DNA of 63,750 nt, filler included, from Squatina squatina (Eukaryota), in assembly GCA_031763465.1 (NCBI GenBank). It is 4 parts of 3 records of this genome, joined end to end, with 100 filler letters (N's around TTAATTAATTAA, not from the genome) between each part and the next. Parts side by side here need not be neighbours in the genome. Positions count along the whole stretch, not along the records: positions 29,998 to 51,105 come from JARFOE010000192.1; positions 51,206 to 63,750 come from JARFOE010000004.1; 2 more parts are not named here. One strand, 5' to 3'. Position numbers and translations under genes: made by a program. Of the stretch, positions 50,640 through 63,750 are shown in pieces. How positions within the stretch are numbered: the first letter of the stretch is position 1; each line of letters starts with the position of its first letter. Below the pieces are notes generated by a model. The model did no database searches. It was not told where the DNA came from and was given only the letters and a program-made list of their open reading frames with translations.

Positions 50640-51105
50640 GGGGCCGAAATTGGGTGCATTTATACACCAAGCGTAGACTTTATAGTGGCGTTAACCGATT
50701 TCTTTGCGTTTGTGTCGGGTTTGTCACCTCACTGGAAATTCGGGGCCCGTTTTTTGGCGGCGTCCACAGGAGACGCCTCTGCGGGCCGGCGCAACATCCT
50801 TCTTGGGGGCGCACGGTGATCGTGAAGTCATCACCTTGCGCACCGTCCCCTGAGCGACCCAGCAGAAAATTCGGCAGTGGAATCGCAGGGGTTGCCTGGA
50901 GTAAACAGCAACAGCAAAAGCTGTCACTGCAGAGGTAGCCCCTGCCGCAAGGCCATTTTTTCTGCCATTTACAAAGCCGCATCGATTCACACAGCGGCGA
51001 GTTGGTCGAGAAGTGAGTGTCTCGGCTCTTGCCGGTTCCACCTCATACAACGGAGAGTTTGTAACGGAGGAAGTTTTGTTAGTCATTTGCAAGTTGCCTT
51101 AAAGG
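50640..51105 (+). mobile_element. CpG-rich DNA-transposon end (Harbinger-MITE-like family)
   Basis: Abrupt switch from AT-rich intron to GC/CpG-rich DNA at ggggccgaaatt. Similar starts at 29457, 34391, 43203 and 55446, and reverse ends at ~3570, ~24245 and ~43710. Confidence 0.55.
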
Positions 51106-51205
51106 NNNNNNNNNNNNNNNNNNNNNNNNNNNNNNNNNNNNNNNNNNNNTTAATTAATTAANNNNNNNNNNNNNNNNNNNNNNNNNNNNNNNNNNNNNNN
51201 NNNNN
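51106..51205. other. Artificial scaffold-concatenation linker
   Basis: Same N44-TTAATTAATTAA-N44 structure; separates the HECW1 and LYST scaffolds. Confidence 0.97.
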
Positions 51206-51665
51206 AGGGAGAGGTACTCTCAGCTGTGGCAGTCTAAAAGAAGCCTTAGAGAAACTTGCCATGCTGGGATTCCCATTGGAAAAGACTGGGTTTTGTGATT
51301 TATCTGGGTCCATTTCCACCCAGTTTCTATTAGTGATTGGAGATCTTCATCTCTGCTAGCCCTGAGAGCTGCTTGTGGTACAAGTGCAACTGAATGTTCA
51401 GTACCAGCCGTGGCTTAGGAAGGATGCTGTCCTCCCTCACTGGTGGCCAGCTGGCTGGAGATGGGCCTTCATACAACCTGGTGTGCATGAGGTAGATTTT
51501 GTAATGACACAGTCAAGAATATAATAAGTGACTTTTTCTTCAGTTGCCTTTTAGTGGCAACTTTCCCTTTCAAAGAACTGATGTGTTGTATTTTTAGTTT
51601 AATAGACAAAGGAACAAATACCTTAATCGATTTTGCAATGATCTTAATCCATATTTTGCTGATAG

Positions 51666-51872
51666 ACATACTTTGGCATGGACGTATCTGCTGTTGAAGA
51701 CCCGGTGCAAAGACGAGCCCTGGAGACCATGATCAAGACCTACGGTCAGACGCCTCGGCAGCTCTTCACAACTACTCATCCGAGCAGGCACGGGCCGAGA
51801 CTCTCAGTGGAGGGAGAACTGCCTGCAGCTATGGGTCTCCTTGTGCAGTTTGCTTTCAGAGAGAGCAGAGAG
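51666..51872 (+). CDS. LYST: LYST exon, end of BEACH domain; 3' end lost in N gap
   Basis: [34 protein letters not shown]...[18 protein letters not shown] is the LYST BEACH C-terminus (GQTPxQLF motif). gatag acceptor. Confidence 0.93.
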
Positions 51873-52434
51873 NNNNNNNNNNNNNNNNNNNNNNNNNNNN
51901 NNNNNNNNNNNNNNNNNNNNNNNNNNNNNNNNNNNNNNNNNNNNNNNNNNNNNNNNNNNNNNNNNNNNNNNNNNNNNNNNNNNNNNNNNNNNNNNNNNNN
52001 NNNNNNNNNNNNNNNNNNNNNNNNNNNNNNNNNNNNNNNNNNNNNNNNNNNNNNNNNNNNNNNNNNNNNNNNNNNNNNNNNNNNNNNNNNNNNNNNNNNN
52101 NNNNNNNNNNNNNNNNNNNNNNNNNNNNNNNNNNNNNNNNNNNNNNNNNNNNNNNNNNNNNNNNNNNNNNNNNNNNNNNNNNNNNNNNNNNNNNNNNNNN
52201 NNNNNNNNNNNNNNNNNTTTTAAAAAATAAAACACCAAAGCTTTATTTCCATTTCACACATTTTGAGACACATTGATGTATTCTATTTATAAAAATGCAC
52301 ATTGGAATTCTGTATTATGCATGAGTTACAGTACTGTGCAAGACATTAATTTCTGTCACTATTTTCAAATATAAGTTTTGTTAATACAGTGCATTATCGA
52401 GATTGATTTTTTTTTCTTTAATCTTGTGTTGTAG

Positions 52435-52624
52435 AGTCCTCTTCCTTGGATTAAAGGGCTGAAGTGGGGCGAGTATGTGGGTTCCCCCAGCTCACCAGAT
52501 CCTGCAGTTTGCTTCAGCCAGCCCCATGGAGAACAGTTTGGATCACTGCTAGCATTGCCAACCAGAGCCATCTGTGGTTTGTCGAAAAAATTTTGTCTCA
52601 TGATGATATACAGCAAAGAGCAAG
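52435..52624 (+). CDS. LYST: LYST exon (BEACH-WD40 linker)
   Basis: [63 protein letters not shown]; ttgtag / gtatgg. Confidence 0.95.
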
Positions 52625-52676
52625 GTATGGAATGGATTCATAGTTTTTCTTCACTCTGCAAGATTTTCAGGAATTC

Positions 52677-53135
52677 ATAGAATAACATAGAATGTACAGC
52701 ACAGAAACAGGCCATTCGACCCAACTGGTCCATGCTGGTGTTTATGCTCCACACGAGCCTCCTCTCACCCCTCTTCATCTCGCCATATCAGCATATCCAT
52801 CCATTCCTTTCTCCCTCATATACTTCTCTAGCTTCCCTTAAATGCATTTATACTATTTATCTCAACCACTCCCTGTGGTAATGAATTCCACATTCTGACC
52901 ACTCTCTGGGTAAAGAAGTTTCTTCTGAATTCCCTATTGGATTTATTACTGAATATATTTATGGCCCCTAGTTCTGGTTTCCCCACAAGAGGAAACATCA
53001 TCTCTATATCTACCCTATCAAACTCTTCATAATTTTAAAGACCTCCAACAGGTAACGCCTCAGCCTTTCCTTTTCTAAGAAAAGAGCTTCAGTCTGTTCA
53101 GTCTTTCTTGATAGTTGTACCCTCAGTTCTGATAA
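52677..53135 (-). mobile_element. CR1-like LINE 3' end filling most of a LYST intron
   Basis: catagaatgtacagcacagaaacaggccattc...cagcctttccttttctaag; reverse of the CR1 tail. Confidence 0.85.
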
Positions 53136-53164
53136 CACCATAATTATTTCCATCTTAATTTTAG

Positions 53165-53301
53165 GTGTTCGGAGCATGCACAGTACAGACATCCAGTGGT
53201 CAGCCATTTTGAGTTGGGGTTATGCTGATAACATGCTAAGACTGAAAAGCAAACAAAGTGAGCCCCCAATCAACTTCATTCAGTGCTCTCCTTTACACCA
53301 G
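53165..53301 (+). CDS. LYST: LYST exon (start of the WD40 region; not in the ORF track)
   Basis: Manual translation [46 protein letters not shown]; ttttag / gtatgt. In phase with the previous exon. Confidence 0.93.
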
Positions 53302-53699
53302 GTATGTGGTTTACTCCTTAAAAGAGACCTTGTACTTTCTTATTGTCCATAGACTTATTTTCAATTAGCAATGGGCAACTTCTTCTTTACTCATTTCTAC
53401 TTTTTCGTCAACTGTGTAATAAAATTATTCAAAAAAATCATGCTTTACAGAAAATGGGTGCCTTTACTGATGACATTTAAGCAAGCTCCTTACTTAGGAA
53501 AGATGTTTTTTTTTTAACTAATCTAGAACACTTGGTTCCACTCTTACCTATCCACTCATAGTCAGAGCATCTACAGCAATGGTTCTCTTCCTACCCCCAC
53601 ACCATTATCTTCAGAATCCCTCAAGGACCTATCCTTGATTCCCTCCTCTTCCTCTCTGCATGCTGCTCCTTAGCAACATCATCGATAGAAATGGGATCA

Positions 53700-54458
53700 A
53701 CTTAAGGAAGTTATGGTAAACATTAGTAAATCACTGGTTAGGCCTCAGCTGGAGTATTGTGGCCAATTCTGGGCACCACACTTCAGGAAGGGTGTCAAGG
53801 TCTTGGAGAGGGTGCAGAGGAGACTTACTTGAATGGTACCAGGGATGAGGGATTTCAGTTACATGGACAGACTGGAGAAGCTGAGGTTGTTGTTCTTAGA
53901 ACAGAGAAGGTTAAGGGGAGATTTCATAGAGGTGTTCAAAATGATGAGGAGTTTTGATAGAGTAGATAAGGAGAAACTGTTTCCATTGGCAGGTGGGTCA
54001 GTAACCAGAGAACAGATTTAAGATAATTGGTAAAAGAACCAGAGGAGAGAGGAGGCGTTTTTATGATCTCAAATTCACTCATTGCCTGAAACTTTCAAAC
54101 GACAATTGGATAAATAAAGGAAATGGGAAAATTTGCAGGGCAATGGGGAAAGAGCAGGGCAGTGGGGCGAATTGTATAGCTCTTTCAAACAGCTGGCACG
54201 GGCACGATGGGCCGAAAGGCCTCCTTTGTGCTGTATGATTCTATGAAGGATCGAGTGCAGAGTAAATCTCGCTATATGCAGTCTCAACTTTGATGCATTC
54301 AAGGGGAAGCTTGAAAGATACACGAGAAAGAGGGGAATAGAAGGATACAAGAGCAGAGTGGGAAGAGGTATTTGGAGTGAGTGAAGGCTCGTGTGGAGTA
54401 TAAACACCAGCACAGATTAGTTGGGCCAAATGGCCTATTTCTGTACTGTAGATTCTAT
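53700..54458 (+). mobile_element. Two tandem CR1-like LINE 3' fragments
   Basis: ORF MVPGMRDFSYMDRLEKLRLLFLEQRRLRGDFIEVFK is the typical CR1 ORF2 C-terminus (LERRRLRGDLIEV). Two tails end in gattctat. Confidence 0.85.
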
Positions 54459-54673
54459 NNNNNNNNNNNNNNNNNNNNNNNNNNNNNNNNNNNNNNNNNN
54501 NNNNNNNNNNNNNNNNNNNNNNNNNNNNNNNNNNNNNNNNNNNNNNNNNNNNNNNNNNAGATGCCATTCGCACTTTTGATAACACTATTTTCTTTTAATT
54601 CTCTTTATATCATGATTGTTATATTTAGGGAGGATAAGTATGAAGTGCTTTCTAAACATTTTCTATATTCTTA

Positions 54674-55386
54674 GTCCAGAATTTGCTGGAAAAACAATAG
54701 CAAGTTTAATCTGCACATAGTTATTAGTGGGTAAATAACCCAGCAATTTGTGGCAAGTAAGAGATACACTGTGAGTTGCAAATCACCATAAATTGTGAGA
54801 CGATTTGTGCTGCTCTGCCATTAACCTTGTAAAAATAGGAGCTCACCATCGAGCTCCCCATGAGTTTCAAAAGATTGCTGGATTTGCTCTAATAAAACTA
54901 ATTAAACTCCACACTGAAAGTTAGGGCTGGCAGTTAACAATGCAAGGACCCATTTAATGATGAGATTTATGTTCCTGCAATGCTACTCAACCTCAGAGTC
55001 CCAGAAAGGAACACATTGAAATTGTGGAGCCTCACTCCTGCAAGTAGTAAATTGTTCCTCGAGATTTTTACAATTTAAAATTTAAGTTTTGTTTCCTTAC
55101 TTTATATTTCAGTCTCTTTCTCTCTATTGATCCAATTTTTTCCCCTCTCTTTAATTCTCTTTCTGTATCTAATTTGACTCTAACTCAGCCTATTTCCTAC
55201 TTTGTCATTCCTCTGTTTCTTTCTCTATCCTTAAATTTCATTGGTTAAGAAGGCAGACTGTTGGTCCTGTCATTTGCCAAGGTTCCAGATGACCTTGTTG
55301 TCAACTCGCACTTCCATAAATTTGAGGTGCAAAAACTTTTTAGCTGAAAGTTGAAGAACAGAATCTATTCCGGCAAATTCTGGGAC
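54674..55386 (+). mobile_element. Second copy of the same non-autonomous DNA transposon family
   Basis: TIRs gtccagaatttgctggaa / ttccggcaaattctgggac. Shares gttagggctgg, gtggagyctcaytcct, ctcagccta and attggtt blocks with 14667-15331, in the same order. Confidence 0.7.
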
Positions 55387-55959
55387 AAAATTATAACATG
55401 CTTTTGGTAGTAAACTAATTTAGCTGACATCAGAAAGAAACATTGGCCCTGAATTTGCGGTCGGAGGCGTCCCGCGGGTCTGGAAGGTACGGAAACTCGT
55501 GGTCCTGGGTTTCTCCGGATACGTATGGGATGAGGCCCACGTATATCAGGGACGCATGCAGTTTGCATGTGGGCTGGCTCAATGAATGACAAAAGGGGAT
55601 CTCCATTCATGCTTGGAATCCCCTCTATATGGAATCCCCATAAGTGTGNNNNNNNNNNNNNNNNNNNNNNNNNNNNNNNNNNNNNNNNNNNNNNNNNNNN
55701 NNNNNNNNNNNNNNNNNNNNNNNNNNNNNNNNNNNNNNNNNNNNNNNNGACTGATCAAGAACTGGGAGCTCTGCCCCAGCAACCCCTGTGTTTCCTGATG
55801 TGCCTTCCATCTAGTGTGCCACTTTCAGACTATTCAAGCATTATTTTTTAATAACCATTTCACTGATGACTATCTGGCCCAATGCCATTTGGCACCCACT
55901 TTTGCTTGCGGCTTGGAAACTGCACGATTTGCACATTAGAGCCAGAAAATGGAGTCTGT

Positions 55960-56372
55960 TCTACCAATGTTTAACTGAGGAAATTAAGGATCATCCAAGA
56001 CTGGATGTCAGGCAAGCAGTCGAACCAGGTAGAGGCATTGGAGGGGTCGAGGGAGGTGGTGAAGAGGTAGCTCTGGGTGATATCAGCATACATGTGGATG
56101 ACTATACCAAGGGCCAGCATGTAGATGAAGAGGAATATAGATCCTTTGTGGACTCCAAAGGTAATGTTATGGGAGCAGAAAAAGAAACCATTGCCAAGGA
56201 TGCTCTGCTAATGATCAAATATGTAAGAGTGGCACCAAGCAATGGCAGTCCCATTGAACTGGACAATGGAGGAGAGGCACTGGAGAAGGATACTGTGGTC
56301 AACCGTGTTAGAAGGATGAGGAGGGAGCGAAGAGGGGATCCGTATTGGGGGAACAAACGGGATAGGAGATGG
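55960..56372 (-). mobile_element. L2-type LINE RT fragment, degenerate
   Basis: Reverse strand contains cacatgtatgctgatatc (HMYADI, a YADD-like motif) and gttgaccacagtatccttctcca (VDHSILLQ). Confidence 0.65.
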
Positions 56373-56394
56373 TAAAATTTTGTTCCCCACAAAC

Positions 56395-56740
56395 TTTGAT
56401 TCCCCTTTTGCTCAAAAATTTGTCTATCTCAGCCTTCAATATATTCAATAACTCAGCCCCCACAGCTCTCTGGCGTAAAAAATTCCAAAGATCCACAACC
56501 CTTGGAGAGAAGAAATTCCTCCTCATCTCCATCTTAAATAAGCAACCCCTTATTCTGAAACTATGCCTCCTAGGTCTAGATTCCCCCAGGAGGGGAAACA
56601 TCCTCTCAGCATTTAACCTGTCAAGCCCCCTCAGAACCTTATATGTTTCAATAAGATGACCTCTCATTCTTCTAAACTCCGATGACTATAGGCCCAACCT
56701 GCTCAACCTTTCCTCATAAGACAACCCTTCCATACCCGGA
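56395..56740 (-). mobile_element. CR1-like LINE ORF2 3' fragment
   Basis: MRGHLIETYKVLRGLDRLNAERMFPL...RRNFFSPRVVDLWN, the typical CR1 ORF2 C-terminus. Confidence 0.85.
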
Positions 56741-59700
56741 ATAGTTGCAAAATGCATCATAGGGAAAATGCTGAGCTGAGAGGTAGACATGAGACTACAT
56801 AGCTCCCATTATCCACATTATTTTTGAATGTAGAGTTTAATTAAAAATTGTGATTTTACTGGAAGTCAGCTATCATTTAAATTTGTGACATTTAAAATTA
56901 AGTTTTGTGATAATTCTGAAAGCACAATTTTATTTACTTTTCAACCTACCTGGAGAATGTACAAAGCCTGTCCAAATAATTTGGAGTTACTGACTTTGAG
57001 ATCAATCATGTAATTGTGGTAGACTTTCCCCTTCAAAACATGTGCACCTGTACTAATTGCATTCAGCATCCATTTTGTACTCAGTTCATGCTGAAACATC
57101 TGTGAAGAGCAGTGTAGATTTTAATGATCATTACACACCTTTACATATCAGCAATAATCATGATGGTGTAGAACGGTTAAGTAGTGACAAAAAGGTATTA
57201 CCTGAATATAGCATCCTTCATACATGGATGACATTACTGGCCAAGTGACACTGATTATAGTAGAAAACAATTTAATTCGCTGTCTCTGGCAATTAATAGA
57301 AAAAGGAAAAAACATAAGAAAGCATGGATCAAGAATTGGTCATTCAGCCCACTCCTTAAGTAGATCATCTCCAATCTATCCAGCAATGGACTTTACACCA
57401 GCCTTTTAAATTCCTAAGGGAAAATTCTGCATAACTGCTCCTTGATTCTCTAACGTGATCAAGCAAAACTCCAAAACACCCAATCATCCCCAGCATTTAC
57501 TGTTTCTAACTTGACTTGCATTTCTTCTCTCCTCCACAGTCCCAGCAACAGAGTAAACATTGTGCCACAGGAAGTATTTGATTATCTCATTTTATACTTA
57601 TTGCTATCACCTCAAATCCACCACCTTTAACACTCTCTCCCTCCACCACCGGTGCACTGTGGCTGCAGTGAGTACCATCTACAAGATGCACTGCAGCAAC
57701 TCGTCAAGGCTTCTTCGGCAGCACCTCCCANNNNNNNNNNNNNNNNNNNNNNNNNNNNNNNNNNNNNNNNNNNNNNNNNNNNNNNNNNNNNNNNNNNNNN
57801 NNNNNNNNNNNNNNNNNNNNNNNNNNNNNNGAAAGCAGCTCCACACTTACATAGTTACAGACTTCTTGTATTAAAGAATTATCATACTTTTGTTTGGCTA
57901 AAATATCTCAGCAACAGTAAAGGCTGATTCCCACAATTTCCTTTTACCCAATTTAGTTACTAAGCAGTTCTGTCCATTTTTAAGCAGTTACAACAAGGCC
58001 GAGTATTATTTTAGTTTAGAGTGCAGCTCAATCAGAGTCTACATAGTAGGACTAAAAGCAACAGGCAGAGTTGTTCCATGTTGCACTGGCCCCATGGGAC
58101 TCAACTCACAACCTTTGCTTCTGCTGCATTCTTTTTCCACATTTTCCTACTTTGTAATTTTCACTTTATTAATAAAGCAATGAGTTACGACCACATCAGG
58201 GTTTGTCAGTAATTTGTTCTGCAAGCTGAGAAATTGCCATTCCAGCAGCCACCCATTTAAAAGTAGGAAAAACAAGGATGGAACACACAGAGTGGACAAC
58301 AGAGTATTACATTAAGCTTACGACAGAACAAAAACCTTTCAGTTGCAGCATCTGAATTATTAAAGTTTAATGATTAGCCTGTTGTATAGGTAGCTTTTTT
58401 TTTCATTTTCCATCTTCTCTTATTTCCTGTAGATATATTGCCTTAATTCAGCTAAAATTAAACTTGGCATTTGAAACTGTGTCACACACTGTATTTGTAG
58501 ATAATTAACCTAATAGAGGGTGACCTGGATTTATAGAAATGGCTAGTAACAAAGTTAACTAGGGTGGTTACAAAAGGTAAAGCATACATACTGCAAGCAG
58601 AAATGCTAATCTTCCTGAAGTCTCACATCCACTTAGCACAATGAGGTTGTCTTCGGGATCCTGAAAATATTTGCCATAACATTTGTATTAACAATAAATC
58701 AATCATACTTTAAGTGCTGGCAAAGGTCCCAAATCAACAAACTGTTCAGCTCTTCAATCGAGACCACTATAGTAAAATGATTCTAACTATTAATAACTGT
58801 AGCAGTCACAAACTGCATTGAGACTTAAGGTTCTGTAAACAACTATCATATTTTCCNNNNNNNNNNNNNNNNNNNNNNNNNNNNNNNNNNNNNNNNNNNN
58901 NNNNNNNNNNNNNNNNNNNNNNNNNNNNNNNNNNNNNNNNNNNNNNNNNNNNNNNNGAGGTCATTTTGCACTGGGTGTTGGTTGCACTTGTGGTGTAAAA
59001 AGCTGACCTTGTTCACTGTCAAGTAATTGTGGAGAGGTCCACATCACAAGGTGTGGCTTGACAGCTTTTAAGGGCTGTTGGCAAAAATTAGATGCAGTCA
59101 CCTAAAAGTAAAGGTGGGCGGTGGGGGGGCGGGGGGTGCAATTAAGTAAATTAAAAATCTATTAATTTTTAAAATTTTCTTTATAATTTGAATACCTGTT
59201 CAAAACATTTCAATTCCTTTTAATGTTTTTTCAAAAAATATATATATTTGCTTTTCCAAAGACTACTTTGAGGGAGGGGGCCAAATAGGTGGCAGGCCAT
59301 AAGCACAAAGCTGAGCCTGTGCGTAAAGGATGGAATGCAGTAGGCCACGATCCCGCTTGATCATCGGGAAAATGGACAAGCTGCTGCAAGAGGTGATGGT
59401 GAGGACAGCACCTCCCTCACATGATGCAGAAAGTGGCAGGCAGATGGAACGCTGCGCTCACTATCAGCAGGGCCTGGGAACATAAGTTGGAATACCAAAG
59501 CAAGGTAAGGCTAACCATCACTACCCTATAACAGGTTGATGGTGCAAGATTACATTTCACATAACATTTTCCTTTCATCCTGAATCACTACCATATGTGA
59601 TACACTGCATGCTGATTTTGTGAATGAGACCGATAGGCACATGTTGATAGGCAGTAGGATGATTAGCTTCTTACAAGGAGGCAGAAGGTTGAATCTGCAT

Positions 59701-62700
59701 GGGGATGTTCCCAATCATCCGCCATGTCTTCAGTGGAAGATCCGCAGCAACTCTGGAGAAACAGCTTCGATGGCACTTACACCTATTCTCCGGATTTACG
59801 TTTATTCTCCGTCAAAGTTATGCCGGATGATTGGGGCACCCAGCAGATCTCCCACTGGGCGAAGGGCTTTAACTTTCCTGTGAGCTGCAAGGCAGCATTA
59901 ATATTACAAAGGATAAGCAGAAGGGACATTACAGTTAAACATTGACTGTGTTGGAGATTAATTAAATTGGGACAATGATCTGCTGCCACTTTTGGCTGCC
60001 TGGCTGGCAGTAATGACTCATTCACATTAGCCACAATCTTGATCCCTTCTTCATTTTAATCCCCTAAAGGTTGCTGCTCATTGGTGTACTGCATGCTGAT
60101 GCCCTTCTCAATTATGATGATAGTACATGGCACATAATCACAATCACTAGGCTGGATCCTCAGTGGTGTTCTATGAGGTGGCTCCTGACTGATCCACAAA
60201 TTGAATTTTCATTTTAAAGCTTTTAACACAGTGAGAAGCCTGGTTTTGGGACACTTGCTTTCTGCTTTTTGTGCCTAAACATTAATTGGAAACATGGGCA
60301 ATGCTGCTCATTGAGTAAACTGTGCAGCATCTGTTGTGCTTCCATTATTTTAACTTCAGTCTGAAGTAGTGACAAACAAAAACTGGAGTAGTTATGCAGA
60401 AATCAATAGAGCACGGTAACAGTGATGTTGGAACCACTAATGTTGCAAAAAGGCCTTAATTGATCTTAACAGCTTGACACTGGCAAAGAAAAATCCCGCT
60501 GAAGGTTATGGGATGGAAATTCATCTCGGATGGTGGTGNNNNNNNNNNNNNNNNNNNNNNNNNNNNNNNNNNNNNNNNNNNNNNNNNNNNNNNNNNNNNN
60601 NNNNNNNNNNNNNNNNNNNNNNNNNNNNNNNNNNNNNNTTTACCTGATGTCCATGGCTATGTTGAACTGTTTTTTATTTATTGAGTAATTGCAGACTGAT
60701 GCCTGGAGTATCTATTGAAAAATGTTGACCAAATGATGTGGGAGGACAGGACAGGACACTGTCAGTACTTTATAGGCTATTGTTTAATCCGCTGTAGATT
60801 TGTAGGATGTTATTGGTATTTCAGAGCTTGTTATTATAGATCTGCTATCCTATGATTTACAACAAGCAAATCTCATTCATGGACAAGGCTCTACATTAAT
60901 TAATTCCAAGAAGTGTTTAATCATTATTGTACTTTAAACAACAATAATTATATTTCTAGTTGGCTATTAATTCTACCTTTAATCAGCTGAAGTTCGAGAA
61001 AGATAATTTGTATCTTTAAGGACTTACAGATTTGTTTTGTAAGGCTTCAAATCAATATATCTGCATTCATAGAGATTTGACAATAAAACATAATAGTAAA
61101 ATATTTTATGTGAAGCACTTTTGGAAAGTCATAAGGACATGGAACCTCTGTTGCTGGACTGACGAGGGCAAAATGAGCCAGGCTTCCCTGTCCTGATTGC
61201 TCTTCAGCAAGAAAGTAGATATTGGGTGAGGACATGATCAGCTTTAATTTTTCACCCATGGTGAAATAGCCTGATCACACTTGCTGTCTCGGATCACCTA
61301 ATGAAGACTGGCCATTTGAACTGCTGCCGACAGCACAGTACCCCAGCAAGAGTCAATGCATTTAGGAGAGAAGAAGGGGAGAAAATTGACCCAAATTTTA
61401 TAATGGGGAAGTGGGTTTCTCAATGGCTTAGTTGGTAAGGATGATTTCTATTATGTTACTGTGACCAGCAAGGATGAAAATTTGATCCCAAGTCTCTGCT
61501 GATGTCAGCTTGTACAGCAGTTGAGTGGTACAGTTGGCCTCAACACCTGTGGGCTGGGAAGAAGAAACATCAGTTTGGGTACATAATTCCAGCTGGAAAG
61601 TGTGCATTTGTGGATGCTGCATAAGGACATGATCAGCCTTGTTCACAAGGAACCCTTTTTAGATACTTCCTCAACTGCCACCAACACCTCTCGCTCTATT
61701 TTGATCAGAGAAAGTCAAGTCCAGCAGTACTCTTGGTTCCAGCATTGCTTCATTTTAGCAGCCCAGCTGACGGCTCCACCTTACCTCCCAAATGAGATGG
61801 AGAATCATTTAAGAGTTGTTAAAATAAACATCTCTGCACTTTTAAGCAGAATATAAGAAAACAATTGTTATCTGATAGGCAAGTCTTCTCTCATCTGCAA
61901 CTTCCAACCTATCCCCCTTTCTAGTGCAACCTTCTGTGTTTCTGCTTTATTGATGCTGCTGTGTTCATTCCTCCTCTGTCAATTCTTATTGCTCCTAAGC
62001 TTCAAATATCGTCACCCATGTATTCATCCCCCTCTCTGCATCCTCACTGTGTTCGATTCAAGATTCTTTGTGTCTCCTACAATAACTTATCTTTCCAGGA
62101 TTTCAAACCTGTGGAACTCCTACTCTCCCTCCTGCATTATCCAGGCTTTTAAAAACCCATGTTTTGTGTTGCTGAATCACTACTACTCAAACGCGCTCGT
62201 CTTCTCACCAACGCTTTTCAACTTTGGTTGTGATCCACATCATAGGCCTTGCCCCTTCACTTAGATTTCTCAAACAAAAAGCTGATTAAAATTATGCTTT
62301 CTATCATTTTTATTCTGAATATAAATAAAGGCCTTCCACATTACCTCTTGGTTACAACTAGAACAATAACAGGATGCCATCCCATTGCTGTTTGTGTGCT
62401 TTGTCCCTCATGCAGCTTTGTAGGGTCCCAGCTGTGCAGNNNNNNNNNNNNNNNNNNNNNNNNNNNNNNNNNNNNNNNNNNNNNNNNNNNNNNNNNNNNN
62501 NNNNNNNNNNNNNNNNNNNNNNNNNNNNNNNNNNNNNNNAGTTTTTTTCTAAGTGTTGAATTGCATGTCTTAACCAAAAATTTCTAAGACTAAACTTAAT
62601 GCCCAACTATTCATCCGTTAGCGCCCAAAACTTAGGGCAATCGAATTGGGCACCCCAAATGTGCAGCCGATTTGCTATCATCCATTTTGCCTTCCCGCTC

Positions 62701-63750
62701 AAAGCAAAGTTAATTGTGAAATAGGATGGTCTCATCACCACTGCCATTCTTATTAGTTTTAAGTCTGACCTCATGTATATATACATAAATTTCTGTTTTA
62801 AGGTGCAGAGAACAATGCCTGATGAAAACTGTACATCCAGTGAGCCGCCTTAACTGGAATTGAAAAATATCAGCTTTAAGACAGGAGAAACACATATTTT
62901 AAAAACAAAAGAATACTATTGACACCAGTGACATGAATCTTTTAATTGCCCTTAAAATGGTCAGCCCCATGTCCTCACAGATACAGGATCGGTTACATGA
63001 CTGCTGCCGAGTTAAATGCATCACTTTGTTCTCAGCCGATTCATTGTCATTCCTGGGAGCCAGATAGGTTTCCTGAACCTTCATAAACATTCTTCAGAAG
63101 ACAGTTTGCCACAAATCATACTGGTCAGGCCTGAGTTACTCTAAAGTTTTCCATTAATAGAATTTCCAACATTTTACCTTTCTTCATTTTAAGGTGAATC
63201 CAGATAGTGAACAACAACAAAAGAAATATAGAAGGGATTATTTTAGCATGGCCCTGGGCAATAGTGTACAATAGGCCATTGTGAACTAGTAGCCAGTTTA
63301 CCTGCCGCCCGATTTTCTTGTCTGTTGAAATCAATAGAAAAGAGAATTGGGTGCCATATAAAAGGGGCTGCTGATTTGTTATCGCCTGTTTCATGTTGCC
63401 ACCTAATGACAATTTCACCCCCAAAGTTCTTTAATAAATGTAGCACAAAATCTAGTTGTAAAAAAAATCATTAGTAAAGATCAGAGAAAGTAATCAAAGG
63501 AAACCCATCCTGCCTGTTCATTTTAATGCAGTCATCTATTTCTTCTCAAGGATAACATTCAGCGATGGTATTTAATTTTGCCATAATATGACTTTACTGG
63601 GTAGCACACATGATAAATCACTAATTTACCTGAAACTGCATATTAAAACTGAGGGCCCATTAAAATTATTCCATGCTCTATTATTAATATAGCACTCGGT
63701 CCTGTACTGCTGTGCTGGGAAGTATTAAGTTGCCATTGCTTCAATTCATG

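Noticed and set aside
55866-56375. 169-aa ORF
   Set aside because: It is the antisense reading of a degenerate L2 LINE fragment.
57000-63750. Further LYST WD40 exons or a neighbouring gene
   Set aside because: No translation matching the remaining LYST sequence or any protein I recognise; only decayed repeats and AT-rich DNA.

Overview
This is vertebrate genomic DNA, most likely from a cartilaginous fish (shark-type Deu-SINE, CR1/L2 LINE, Penelope and Harbinger-MITE repeats). It is not prokaryotic. The window joins four unrelated, gap-riddled scaffolds with artificial 100-nt linkers (N44-TTAATTAATTAA-N44). (1) 1-16023: PINX1 on the minus strand (G-patch exon and last exon), one TDH exon upstream, and a repeat-poor, motif-rich non-coding block downstream of PINX1. 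(2) 16124-29897: SINE/LINE/MITE-dense DNA with no recognisable gene, only a few candidate exons. (3) 29998-51105: ten exons of the HECT E3 ligase HECW1 (NEDL1). (4) 51206-63750: three 3' exons of LYST, then repeat-rich intronic/intergenic DNA. I found no convincing new biological system. The best second-look items are a Penelope-associated minimal hammerhead ribozyme remnant in a PINX1 intron, a minisatellite derived from a SINE head, a three-layer nested retroposon insertion, a candidate SOX7-region enhancer with a nearby CTCF site, a candidate unannotated HECW1 mini-exon, and possible exons of an unidentified gene. Protein identifications rest on my recall of the human orthologue sequences, not on database searches.
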